Counted from the stretch's first letter, positions 37,928-46,643 are shown. The stretch is 64,000 nt of DNA from an uncultured Candidatus Saccharibacteria bacterium (GCA_964467225.1 CAYXPQ010000002.1:7901-71900); one strand, 5' to 3'. A program made the numbers and translations. Notes: generated from the letters alone by a model not told the origin.

Positions 37928-40392
37928 ATAAGTGAAGCCAAGGAATCCCCATCTCTTAATTTCATTACTCTAACACCTTGAGTTGATCTTCCTAATGTTG
38001 GAATCTCTTTTAGATTAACTCTAATTACTTGACTTTTTTTGGACATTGCAACTATTTCCTCTATATCATCAGTCACAACTTTTGCAGCCATAAGTGCACC
38101 CGTCTTGTCAGTTACATTCATTGTAAGTATTCCGGATCCGCCTCTATTCTGGACTTTATATTCATCAAGTGTTGTTTTCTTTCCATAGCCATGTTCACCC
38201 ATCACAAATAGTGCTGGATTCTTAGCATCTTTTGAGACAACATCTGCACTAATTACTGCATCATCTTTACCAAGTTTTATTATTCTAACTCCTGTTGCAT
38301 TTCTACCCATTTCTCTTACATCACTTTCATCAAATCTGATTGACTGACCATCCCGAGTTGCTATAACTACAGAATCACTCTTTGAAACAAATGATGCAGA
38401 GATTAGTTCATCTCCACTTTCAAGAGTAATAGCAATAAGTCCCGATCTCCTTACATCATGGAAATGCTTGGCTGAGCTCTTCTTGCCTGTACCATTTCTT
38501 GTAACCATCATAAGAGACAGTCCATCTGCTTCCTTTTTATTCTTTGGCATAGGAAGTATTGAGGTGATTTTCTCACCATCTGAAAGAGAAAGAAAATTCA
38601 TTACAGACTTGCCTCTTGTGGCTCTTTTGCCTTCTGGAATATCATACATTTTGATCTGATAAGCCTTACCCTTGTCCGTAAAGAACAAGATATCATTATG
38701 GGAGCTTGCATATACAAGATGAGTAATGAAATCTTCTTCTTTTGTATCAAGGTCTACAACCCCAACGCCCCCACGCTTCTGTTGGCGATATTCATCCGGA
38801 TTTGTTCTTTTTATATATCCACCCTTTGTTAGAACAAGAACACTTTCTTCATCTGCTATCAAATCCTCTGGATTGAAGTCCTTTAGTGCATGCTTTACTA
38901 ATCTCGTTCTTCTTTCATCACCGTATTTAGATTTAATCTCTGTTAATTCATCTTTGATAATACCCCTAACCTTCTTCTCACTACCGAGAATTTCTTTTAA
39001 TTTAATAATCAATTCTTGTATTTCTTTTAATTCATCTAGAACTTTCTTTCTCTCAAGACCAGCTAACTTCTGTAGTCTCATTTCAAGAATTGCTGTTGCC
39101 TGCTTATCTGAGAATTTGAATTTCTTCATCAAATTTGCATGTGCTTCTATAGCATCCTTTGATTCTCGTATCAAAGTAATTATTTCATCAATATGATCAA
39201 GAGCCTTTTTCAAGCCTAACAAGATATGCTCTCGGTCTTCTGCTTTTGTAAGATCAAACTGTGTTCTTCTTCTTACAACCTCTATTCTATGAGTCACAAA
39301 TTCTTCCAAAAGAGATTTTAGAGAAAGAGTTTGAGGAACTCCATTTACAAGTGCAACAATATTTACATGAAAAGTATCTTCTAATTGAGTATGCTTATAT
39401 ATAAAATTAAGAACTTTCTCAGGATATGCACCAGATTTGAGATCAATAACGATTCTCATTTCCTTATCTGATTCATCTCTAAGGCCCTTTATACCATCAA
39501 TAACCTTATCTCTTACAAGATCGGCAATTTTGATAATTAAATCAGACTTTGTAACTCTGAATGGTATTGACTTGATAATTATTTGGAATTGACCCTTTTT
39601 GTCTTCTACAACCTCAGCTTCACCTCTTACAACGATACCTCCTCTACCTGTGGTATATGCATGGTGAATGTCTTTCTCTCCATACATTATTCCTCCAGTT
39701 GGAAAATCAGGACCTTTTATAAACTGTAATAAATCTTCATTTGTTGCACTCTTGTTATCAATAAGATGTGTTGTAGCATCAATAACCTCACCAAGATTAT
39801 GAGGGGCAATATTTGTTGCCATACCAACTGCAATACCTAGAGTTCCATTTAGTAGAAGATTCGGTACAGCTGTAGGCAAGACTGTAGGTTCCTTTCTTGT
39901 ACCATCATAATTTGGATTAAAATTTACTGTATTCTTCTCAATATCCTTTAATAATTCGGATGCAAGCTTTGACATTCTTGCTTCTGTATAACGCATAGCA
40001 GCTTGTGGATCTCCATCAATATTACCGAAGTTACCTTGACCCTGAATAAGTGGGTATCTCATCTTGAAGTCCTGTGCCATACCTACCATAGAATCATAGA
40101 CAGCCACATCTCCATGTGGGTGATAATTTCCCAGGACATCTCCTACTACCACGGCTGATTTACGGAATTTAGCTGAGGAAGTCAAACCTTTCTCATGCAT
40201 TGAATATAGTATTCTTCTATGTACTGGTTTTAATCCATCTCTTACATCTGGTAATGCACGATCTGTAATAACTGACATAGCATAGTCAAGAAATGACTCT
40301 CTCATCTCTGTAGTGATATTTCTTCCAATTATACCCTTTGCTGGATCTCTTGGGATCTGATTTTCAGTATTATCAGTTTGTTTTTTAGCCAT
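37918..40392 (-). CDS. gyrA: DNA gyrase subunit A
   Basis: [29 protein letters not shown], GyrA-box-like QKRGGVG, beta-pinwheel repeats. Confidence 0.98.
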   Translation of the reverse strand: MAKKQTDNTENQIPRDPAKGIIGRNITTEMRESFLDYAMSVITDRALPDVRDGLKPVHRRILYSMHEKGLTSSAKFRKSAVVVGDVLGNYHPHGDVAVYDSMVGMAQDFKMRYPLIQGQGNFGNIDGDPQAAMRYTEARMSKLASELLKDIEKNTVNFNPNYDGTRKEPTVLPTAVPNLLLNGTLGIAVGMATNIAPHNLGEVIDATTHLIDNKSATNEDLLQFIKGPDFPTGGIMYGEKDIHHAYTTGRGGIVVRGEAEVVEDKKGQFQIIIKSIPFRVTKSDLIIKIADLVRDKVIDGIKGLRDESDKEMRIVIDLKSGAYPEKVLNFIYKHTQLEDTFHVNIVALVNGVPQTLSLKSLLEEFVTHRIEVVRRRTQFDLTKAEDREHILLGLKKALDHIDEIITLIRESKDAIEAHANLMKKFKFSDKQATAILEMRLQKLAGLERKKVLDELKEIQELIIKLKEILGSEKKVRGIIKDELTEIKSKYGDERRTRLVKHALKDFNPEDLIADEESVLVLTKGGYIKRTNPDEYRQQKRGGVGVVDLDTKEEDFITHLVYASSHNDILFFTDKGKAYQIKMYDIPEGKRATRGKSVMNFLSLSDGEKITSILPMPKNKKEADGLSLMMVTRNGTGKKSSAKHFHDVRRSGLIAITLESGDELISASFVSKSDSVVIATRDGQSIRFDESDVREMGRNATGVRIIKLGKDDAVISADVVSKDAKNPALFVMGEHGYGKKTTLDEYKVQNRGGSGILTMNVTDKTGALMAAKVVTDDIEEIVAMSKKSQVIRVNLKEIPTLGRSTQGVRVMKLRDGDSLASLICL

Positions 40393-40445
40393 ATTTGTCA
40401 GACTATTATAGCAAAATCATTAATAATTGTCATATTAAATTAGTA

Positions 40446-40474
40446 TTGACTTATACATATTTTTGTGATAGGTT
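40446..40474 (+). promoter_or_regulatory. sigma70 promoter TTGACT-N14-TGa-TAGGTT
   Basis: 17-nt spacer and extended -10; same type at 22052-22024, 32353-32381 and 44642-44614. Confidence 0.7.
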
Positions 40475-40503
40475 TTGATTGGCGTTCAGTAGTTCTAGAC
40501 ACA

Positions 40504-40535
40504 AACCAAACAGGCGCAGTGAGCCTTAATCACTG
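40504..40535 (+). repeat. 32-nt conserved leader, copy 1 (predicted H-type pseudoknot)
   Basis: AACCAAACAGGCGCAGTGAGCCTTAATCACTG, identical to the reverse complement of 44554-44585. Confidence 0.9.
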
Positions 40536-40549
40536 GGAAAGGTAGAATT

Positions 40550-41053
40550 ATGCTTTGGGTAATTATTACAGCCATATTCACTTCCTTCTTTGCTGGAATT
40601 CTGTCGGTTTTTTCCTGCAGGACTTTTGAGAAGCGAGCTGCGGGCTTAAGGATTTTCTTTGTATCAGGATTCACTCTGGTAGCAGTTCTTCTTACATGTA
40701 AAGTCTGTTACGATAGAAGTTTTGAGGAAGGCGCTATAACGCGTGAAGGAATTTCAATTCCGGCCGCGCTTCGCCCTGAGCTTGAAGGTAAGGTTATCAC
40801 ACCGTTGGGTGTAGTCTGTCACGGTGAAGTGATATTTGTAATCGCAAATGACAAGTTATACACATTGCTTGGCACCGTCCTAGAGAAAGATCTCACCCCC
40901 ACCAACATGGTCGGTAGAAAATTAATCTTCTACCAGAAAGGTAAAGTCACTCACATCGGTGTCGTGCAACCTGAAGCACAGGCAGTCCCCACCCAAATCG
41001 GCTATACGAACACGAATGAGCATTATCAAAATGCTCTACCGAAGGTGAAATAA
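40550..41053 (+). CDS. Orphan 2-TM membrane protein (cassette A)
   Basis: 167 aa, GGAAAGG RBS, flanked by the conserved leader and trailer. Confidence 0.75.
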   Translation: MLWVIITAIFTSFFAGILSVFSCRTFEKRAAGLRIFFVSGFTLVAVLLTCKVCYDRSFEEGAITREGISIPAALRPELEGKVITPLGVVCHGEVIFVIANDKLYTLLGTVLEKDLTPTNMVGRKLIFYQKGKVTHIGVVQPEAQAVPTQIGYTNTNEHYQNALPKVK

Positions 41054-41063
41054 CACCCTCATA

Positions 41064-41111
41064 CACCCCGTCAGCAAATCTGAAAAGAAATGCTCACGGG
41101 GTGGTTTTTAT
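41064..41111 (+). repeat. 48-nt conserved trailer hairpin/terminator, copy 1
   Basis: CACCCCGTCAGCAAATCTGAAAAGAAATGCTCACGGGGTGGTTTTTAT, identical to the reverse complement of 44154-44201. Confidence 0.9.
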
Positions 41112-41617
41112 ATTGCAAAAACAACTTTCTCTAATTCTACAATTCTAGCCTTATGATCATTTAATAAAGTTTGCTCTAAATTTGTTGATCTGACCTCATA
41201 TCTACCAATATGAGCTTCTATCTTAGTCATTTCCTCTTTTATTTCCTGAGTAGTAGATTCTAATCTGTCTAATCTATTATCAATAATTTCAAATTCAACA
41301 GAATGTTCATCTAATTTTTCATTTACTCTTCTAAATTCATTTTCATTTATAAGTGCCAAATCGTTAATTTCTTTGCTAATTTCGTTGAATCTAGAATCAA
41401 TTGTGGAGAATTTAGAATCTATTGAAGAAAATTTTGAGTCAATTTTATCAAACTTTTCATCTATTTTAGAGAATTTCTCATCGATCTTATCAAATTTTTC
41501 GTCTATAATATCAAATTTCTTATCCATCTTATCGAATTTCTCATCTATCTTATCGAATTTTATATCTAACTTCTTATTTAAATCTATAATGTAATTTGGT
41601 ACTGTTTCTATCATCAT
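41108..41617 (-). CDS. Heptad-repeat coiled-coil protein (KFDKIDE repeats), paralog of 8709..9062
   Basis: About nine degenerate 21-bp/7-aa repeats at ~41385-41570; shared terminal motifs. Confidence 0.8.
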   Translation of the reverse strand: MMIETVPNYIIDLNKKLDIKFDKIDEKFDKMDKKFDIIDEKFDKIDEKFSKIDEKFDKIDSKFSSIDSKFSTIDSRFNEISKEINDLALINENEFRRVNEKLDEHSVEFEIIDNRLDRLESTTQEIKEEMTKIEAHIGRYEVRSTNLEQTLLNDHKARIVELEKVVFAI

Positions 41618-41750
41618 TATTTTTAATTAGTAATTAATAATCGCACGTAACATTGGGTACTTATGTTGAGTGAATTATAAACTACTTAAATATGACAATG
41701 CAAATAAAATTACAGATAAGACACAGAAAAATTAATTAGTGAAATTATGA

Positions 41751-42056
41751 TTATCTATTACCTGGTAAAATCTCTATTGAATCATTTGTAAATTCAACTT
41801 TATTAGAACCAAAAAATACACTCTTGATATCACTCCAAGCATCTAATGCGGTAGCAGTGAGACTAGAAACAGGTGCATCAACTTTAACAGCAGTATTTTT
41901 TAAATCTTTTGCAATTTTTGTATTTGAGACAAAACCAAATGAGGCGATCCATCCAGCAAATACGACAAATGTAAATGCAGATGCAAACATAAATGCTACA
42001 CGTCTTCGAATGTGTTCTGGTTTAGATTTTAAATTATTTACATAATCTATCATCAA
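41751..42056 (-). CDS. Single-TM hypothetical protein
   Basis: LKSKPEHIRRRVAF followed by a TM helix. Confidence 0.7.
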   Translation of the reverse strand: MMIDYVNNLKSKPEHIRRRVAFMFASAFTFVVFAGWIASFGFVSNTKIAKDLKNTAVKVDAPVSSLTATALDAWSDIKSVFFGSNKVEFTNDSIEILPGNR

Positions 42057-42066
42057 TATAATTATA

Positions 42067-42717
42067 CTATTCTTTTGATGAATCTAGAAGCATCACATCA
42101 CCCTCTTTACCCTCCAAATCTTTCTTCTTCAATGTTAGCTTTGATTCTGGACTTGGATTCTCACCAGCCTCCTTCAAAAACTGTTTTAATGAGTCTTTCT
42201 CTCCAATATCTCCATAATGCATCGGTATAATTATCTTTGGCTGTAATGATACAGCGAGCTTATATGCTTTTGCAGGATCTAGAACTCCTTCACCACCGAT
42301 AGGTACAAATAATATATCTATCTCATCAAGAGCTTCAATAGTTTCTGCTTTTAATTCTGAATTATTGATAGCACCTAGAAAGCAAATATTCATATTTTCA
42401 AGAGAAACAGTATATATAGTATTTATTAAATCCTTACCACCGTATTTAGACTCCGAAGGAAGACCCTTAATAAATACATCATTAACCTCATATTCGCCAG
42501 GACCAGAAATAATAAAAGGCTTCTTGTCACCATGAGCTACTTGATCGAATCCAATAAAATCTTCATGGTATGTAGTATTGAGAACTATATCAGTACCAAA
42601 TCTACTAGATTTCAACTTTGAATCTTTGGATATTGGATTAAATGCAATTGTTGTATTACCAAACTGAACCTTGAAAAATTCCGCTCCGAAATATGTAATA
42701 ATCATAAGTAATGGCAT
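42067..42717 (-). CDS. MBL-fold metallo-hydrolase-like protein (degenerate metal motif)
   Basis: IITYFG, GPGEYEV, DILFVPIGG, PKIIIPMHY. Confidence 0.85.
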   Translation of the reverse strand: MPLLMIITYFGAEFFKVQFGNTTIAFNPISKDSKLKSSRFGTDIVLNTTYHEDFIGFDQVAHGDKKPFIISGPGEYEVNDVFIKGLPSESKYGGKDLINTIYTVSLENMNICFLGAINNSELKAETIEALDEIDILFVPIGGEGVLDPAKAYKLAVSLQPKIIIPMHYGDIGEKDSLKQFLKEAGENPSPESKLTLKKKDLEGKEGDVMLLDSSKE

Positions 42718-42747
42718 TATAACAGAAATCTATGATATCGTTAAGAT

Positions 42748-43431
42748 ATGCAAGATAATACATGGGAAAAGGAATACAGAGACCCAAAACTCATATCACT
42801 CAGTGATGAGCCGATAAAATGCTTGAAGGATTTTGTAAGATATTTAAGAAAAGAAGAAAAAATTGAATTAAATAATTTAAATATCCTAGATCTTGGCTGT
42901 GGTAATGCAAAAAATAGCATTTATATTGCTAATCAGGGAGACAATAACAAAGTCTTTGGAATAGATATATCTCCCACCGCTATCAACTTAGCTAGAAATG
43001 CATATACTGCTGGTAATTTCCAAGTTGGTAATATCGGACAATCATTTACTTTTCCTGATAGAAATTTTGACATTATTCTAGACATAACTTCATCAAATTC
43101 TCTTACAGAAAGTGAAAGAGGTATCTATCTTTCAGAAATTAATAGAACAATTAAGAATAAAGGTTATTTATTCGTACGAGCTTTATGTAAAGACGGCGAT
43201 TCTAATGCCAAGAATTTATTAAAATCAAATCCAGGTAAAGAAAAAGATACCTATATAATGCCCGAGCTTGGACTGACTGAAAGAGTTTTTTCAAAAGACG
43301 ATTTAATTTCCTTTTATTCTGACTCATTTGAATTATTGTATTTAGATAAAGAGACACATTATACTAAGTTTAATAATAGATCCTACAAAAGGAATTTCTG
43401 GGTGAGTGCGTGGACGCATACACTAAATTGA
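42748..43431 (+). CDS. Class I SAM-dependent methyltransferase
   Basis: ILDLGCGNAKN, VFGIDIS, FDIILD. Confidence 0.9.
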   Translation: MQDNTWEKEYRDPKLISLSDEPIKCLKDFVRYLRKEEKIELNNLNILDLGCGNAKNSIYIANQGDNNKVFGIDISPTAINLARNAYTAGNFQVGNIGQSFTFPDRNFDIILDITSSNSLTESERGIYLSEINRTIKNKGYLFVRALCKDGDSNAKNLLKSNPGKEKDTYIMPELGLTERVFSKDDLISFYSDSFELLYLDKETHYTKFNNRSYKRNFWVSAWTHTLN

Positions 43432-43461
43432 CATAGGAATAAAATTTGATATGATAGTAGT

Positions 43462-43556
43462 AGCACTTGGATGGGCTTGCCCTCTCACGGTCAATGTTTA
43501 TCCAAACCGTAGCCAAGTGCCGACAAAACGTATCACTTTAATTAGTGGTATTTTTT
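43462..43556 (+). ncRNA. Putative ~95-nt structured sRNA convergent on the RelE/PBECR-like gene
   Basis: Promoter TTGACA(43428)..TGa-TATGAT(43450-55); stem GCACTTGG/CCAAGTGC enclosing GGG-CTTG-CCC and ACGGT/ACCGT arms; terminator TATCACT/AGTGGTA-TTTTTT. Confidence 0.65.
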
Positions 43557-43559
43557 GTT

Positions 43560-44042
43560 TTAATCTATTTCCGAATCACCATCATACAATTTCCTATTGT
43601 TTAAAATTTTATTTTGCTTCCAAAATGGAATTATGCTCCAGAAATATGGTTGTGAATCATTAATCTGCTTTACAATAATTTTGATTCTTATCTTTCTATC
43701 AATTACAGCAATAAACTCATAGTATGTAACATCAACAAGAATCCTCTCATTTCTCTGATTACTTCTATTTAGTTCAAACATTCTTGTTTCATTAATTCCT
43801 TGTAAAGTTTTCGAATCTTGGATTACTAAGGGAGCATATTTAAAGAGTCTTAGTCTGGTATATTGATCTAATATAGATCTTGCTTTGTGTCTATCTTTAA
43901 ATTTTAAGTGCTCCTTGCCCTTTGAGTTAAAAGTGATTTTACTTCTCAGATACGGACACCATACTTCGCCAATATTTGAGTATAAATATTCTGCCTTGTC
44001 TTTAATCTCATCAAAATCCATTGGTGTTTTACTATTCTCCAT
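43560..44042 (-). CDS. Putative RelE/Barnase-EndoU-ColicinD (PBECR/LPD3-like) nuclease-fold protein
   Basis: V.CPYL..I.FNSKG.EHL pattern and C-terminal beta-meander YYEF...IKIIVK...YFWSI; family assigned from recall only. Confidence 0.5.
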   Translation of the reverse strand: MENSKTPMDFDEIKDKAEYLYSNIGEVWCPYLRSKITFNSKGKEHLKFKDRHKARSILDQYTRLRLFKYAPLVIQDSKTLQGINETRMFELNRSNQRNERILVDVTYYEFIAVIDRKIRIKIIVKQINDSQPYFWSIIPFWKQNKILNNRKLYDGDSEID

Positions 44043-44073
44043 GTATTTGTAATCATTAATTACTAATCCTATA

Positions 44074-44108
44074 ACCCTACCAAATCAGTTATTAAGAAAA
44101 GCTTAAGA
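44074..44108 (-). promoter_or_regulatory. Extended -10 (TGgTAGGGT) plus tandem TCTTAA boxes
   Basis: TATTAAGAAAAGCTTAAGAA identical to 3157-3176; same 12-bp gap to the -10. Confidence 0.6.
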
Positions 44109-44153
44109 AAAGTGTTGTTTTCACCATTCAGCAACAATTTTTAAAATATGTAA

Positions 44154-44201
44154 ATAAAAACCACCCCGTGAGCATTTCTTTTCAGATTTGCTGACGGGGT
44201 G
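44154..44201 (-). repeat. 48-nt conserved trailer hairpin/terminator, copy 2
   Basis: Identical to 41064-41111 in inverted orientation. Confidence 0.9.
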
Positions 44202-44229
44202 GGTGTTAAGAGGATAATCCAAAACAACT

Positions 44230-44538
44230 TCACCCTCTGTTCACTTCATCGACTGGAGAAGGTTTGGTAGTACAATAATGCTTTTCAGCAAGCTCATATC
44301 CTTCTATCTTTCCATCCTGCTTCCCTCTTGCGTATCCACCATTAAATCCCAAAATCCTCGCCTTCATGTGAATACACTCTGCATAAACATACAAAAGCAG
44401 TAATAAGACTGGGGATTTAACATTGGCACTCAGTGTGCAAAAATAACTTGAAATACAAAACAAAATAATTACCAGCCACATTGTTAATGCACACTTACCC
44501 CAAAAATTCGCAGAGCGAGATTGCAGAAACTTTGTCAT
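44230..44538 (-). CDS. Orphan 2-TM membrane protein with GxxxG repeats (cassette B)
   Basis: 102 aa, AGGAGG RBS, flanked by the conserved leader and trailer. Confidence 0.7.
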   Translation of the reverse strand: MTKFLQSRSANFWGKCALTMWLVIILFCISSYFCTLSANVKSPVLLLLLYVYAECIHMKARILGFNGGYARGKQDGKIEGYELAEKHYCTTKPSPVDEVNRG

Positions 44539-44553
44539 AACTCTTTTCCTCCT

Positions 44554-44585
44554 CAGTGATTAAGGCTCACTGCGCCTGTTTGGTT
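44554..44585 (-). repeat. 32-nt conserved leader, copy 2
   Basis: Identical to 40504-40535 in inverted orientation. Confidence 0.9.
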
Positions 44586-44780
44586 GTTGTTTGAACGAAC
44601 TAAATACAAAATTAACTTATCATAAATATATGAGGTAGTCAATAGCAATTTTATGCATTTTATATTATAGTATGTCAACGGTTAGATTAACTTAAATTAA
44701 CCGATTATTAACAAATCCTATACGCTAAAACCGCACCTTTTATCATTAATAATTAAAAAGCGGATCGTATAGATATAAAT

Positions 44781-45932
44781 ATGCCTAGAAAAACAAAAGA
44801 AGAATCAGTAGTAGAAGCAACAGAAACAAAGAAAGTTAAAAAAGAGAAGGTTGCTGTGGAGCCAAAATTAGACACAGTAATGGACAGAATTATTTTTAAT
44901 TCTGCTAATCCCCCATTAACTGGAGATCTAGTTGAAGGTCCAGTTATAAATATAGAGAAATCAGCAGTATATATTGACCTAGCACCATTTGGTACAGGTA
45001 TTATATTTGGTCGTGAATATTTAACAGCAAGAGATATTATCAAGAAGATAAATATTGGTGATGTTGTTGCTGCAAAGGTAGTAGATACAAATAACAAAGA
45101 AGGTTATATTGAGCTTTCTCTAAAAGAAGCAAGACAAGCCCTTATCTGGAGTGAAGCAGAAGCTGCAATTAATAATAAAGCAATACTAGAATTACCAATT
45201 GTTGAAGCTAACAAAGGAGGTTTGATAATACAATGGCAAGGTATTTCAGGATTCCTTCCTGCATCACAACTAAAAACAGAACATTATCCAAGAGTAGCTG
45301 ATGGAGACAAGGATAAGATTCTTGAAGAATTAAAGAAATTAATCGGAACAAAGATTTCTGTTTCAATAATTTCTGCTGTACCAAAGGAAGGTAAGCTTAT
45401 CTTCTCAGAGAAGAGTCCAGAGCAGAAAGACAAGGAACATATAATTGGCAAATACAAAGTTAACGATACAGTTGAAGGAACAGTTACAGGAATTGTAGAC
45501 TTCGGAGTATTTGTTAAATTAGAAGATGGCTTAGAAGGACTTGTACATATTTCAGAAATAGACTGGTCTCTTGTAGAAGATCCTAGATCTCTATTTAAAG
45601 TAGGTCAGAAGATCAAGGTTAAGGTAATTGAAATTAAGGAAGGCAAGGTTTCTCTATCAATCAAAGCATTGAAGGAGAATCCATGGATGGAAGCTTCAAA
45701 GAAATACAAGAAAGATATGCTAGTTGAAGGAGTTGTAATCAAATTCAATAAGCATGGAGCTCTTGCATCTATAGAAGAAGGAATCGCTGGACTTGTTCAT
45801 GTTAGTGAATTCGGTTCAGAAGAGAAATTAAGAAAGAATCTTGAACTTGGCAAGTCATACAATTTCAAGATCACTCTATTCGATGTGAAGGAACAAAAGA
45901 TGGCATTATCTTTCACTGGGGAGAAGAAATAA
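44781..45932 (+). CDS. rpsA: 30S ribosomal protein S1 (short, about four S1 domains)
   Basis: NKGGL..GFLPASQL, DFGVFV..EGLVHISEIDW. Confidence 0.92.
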   Translation: MPRKTKEESVVEATETKKVKKEKVAVEPKLDTVMDRIIFNSANPPLTGDLVEGPVINIEKSAVYIDLAPFGTGIIFGREYLTARDIIKKINIGDVVAAKVVDTNNKEGYIELSLKEARQALIWSEAEAAINNKAILELPIVEANKGGLIIQWQGISGFLPASQLKTEHYPRVADGDKDKILEELKKLIGTKISVSIISAVPKEGKLIFSEKSPEQKDKEHIIGKYKVNDTVEGTVTGIVDFGVFVKLEDGLEGLVHISEIDWSLVEDPRSLFKVGQKIKVKVIEIKEGKVSLSIKALKENPWMEASKKYKKDMLVEGVVIKFNKHGALASIEEGIAGLVHVSEFGSEEKLRKNLELGKSYNFKITLFDVKEQKMALSFTGEKK

Positions 45933-46643
45933 TCTCTTTATAGAGTAAGCCAAAGCAGGTACATTATGATCAATACCTATATTATGAGCTAAAGTTCTCA
46001 TATAGGTACCACTGGAACATCTCACTTTAAGCTTAAGAATAGTGAAATAAGAATCAGAAATTTCTTGAGAAATACTGCTCCAACGAGCAGTTATTTCTTT
46101 TTGACGGAAATCTCCCTTCACCAAATTTACCTTAGCTAGGATTTCATTTATTAAATCACTTCCCTTAATTTTCCTTTTACCTAAAATCTCAATAAAATAA
46201 ATCTCAACTTCTCTACTGGGCATTTCTTCTGGAATCTCTTTCATTGCAATAACCTTGGATGAATAACGAGGATATTCTTGTTTAAATCGCTTAATATATA
46301 CCGAGAAATCCGTGCCGGAGAGACTTTTTGATACGCGGAGCGAAGCAAAAAGTTCTACGGCAGCAAGAGATTTCTCGGGCAATAAACCTAGAACATCATA
46401 ACTATCAGTTGAGAAACCAAAAAGAATTTCTACTTCATATTCTTTATCATAATCAAGATACTTCTCCTTATTCCTACACTCATCACCAACAAGAATAATC
46501 ATTTGACCCTCTGCAAGCGGATCAAGACGTCCTGCGTATGTCATAGGAATATCATTTGAAATTCCCTCTTGAATTCTCACTCTTTCAAGACATTCAAGTG
46601 GCGTTTCTCCTATATTTTTGTTTGTAATAATGACATTTTTCAT
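45906..46643 (-). CDS. truB: tRNA pseudouridine(55) synthase TruB-like, with an in-frame palindromic insert
   Basis: YAGRLDPLAEG, DKEYEVE..FG..TDSYD, CSSGTYMRTLA. Confidence 0.85.
   Translation of the reverse strand: MKNVIITNKNIGETPLECLERVRIQEGISNDIPMTYAGRLDPLAEGQMIILVGDECRNKEKYLDYDKEYEVEILFGFSTDSYDVLGLLPEKSLAAVELFASLRVSKSLSGTDFSVYIKRFKQEYPRYSSKVIAMKEIPEEMPSREVEIYFIEILGKRKIKGSDLINEILAKVNLVKGDFRQKEITARWSSISQEISDSYFTILKLKVRCSSGTYMRTLAHNIGIDHNVPALAYSIKRLFLLPSER
46301..46378. repeat. 78-bp GC-richer imperfect palindrome inside truB (MITE/RPE-like)
   Basis: CCGAGAAATC/GATTTCTCGG, TGCCG/CGGCA and ACTTTTTG/CAAAAAGT nested stems. Confidence 0.7.

Noticed and set aside
41385-41570. Periodic 21-bp repeats as a CRISPR array
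   Set aside because: They are degenerate coding heptads with no spacers, and no cas genes are present.
43451-43663. 70-aa + strand ORF
   Set aside because: Its ATG lies inside the predicted -10, it crosses a terminator and overlaps the opposite gene; the region is better explained as an ncRNA.
41064-44201. Inverted 48-bp repeats as ends of a composite transposon
   Set aside because: There is no transposase or target-site duplication; each copy belongs to the 3' end of its own orphan gene.
44670-44780. Hairpins in the rpsA leader (and in the cold-shock gene leader at ~16470-16495) as novel RNAs
   Set aside because: Structured leaders are expected for rpsA and csp genes, and nothing here separates them from ordinary autoregulatory UTRs.
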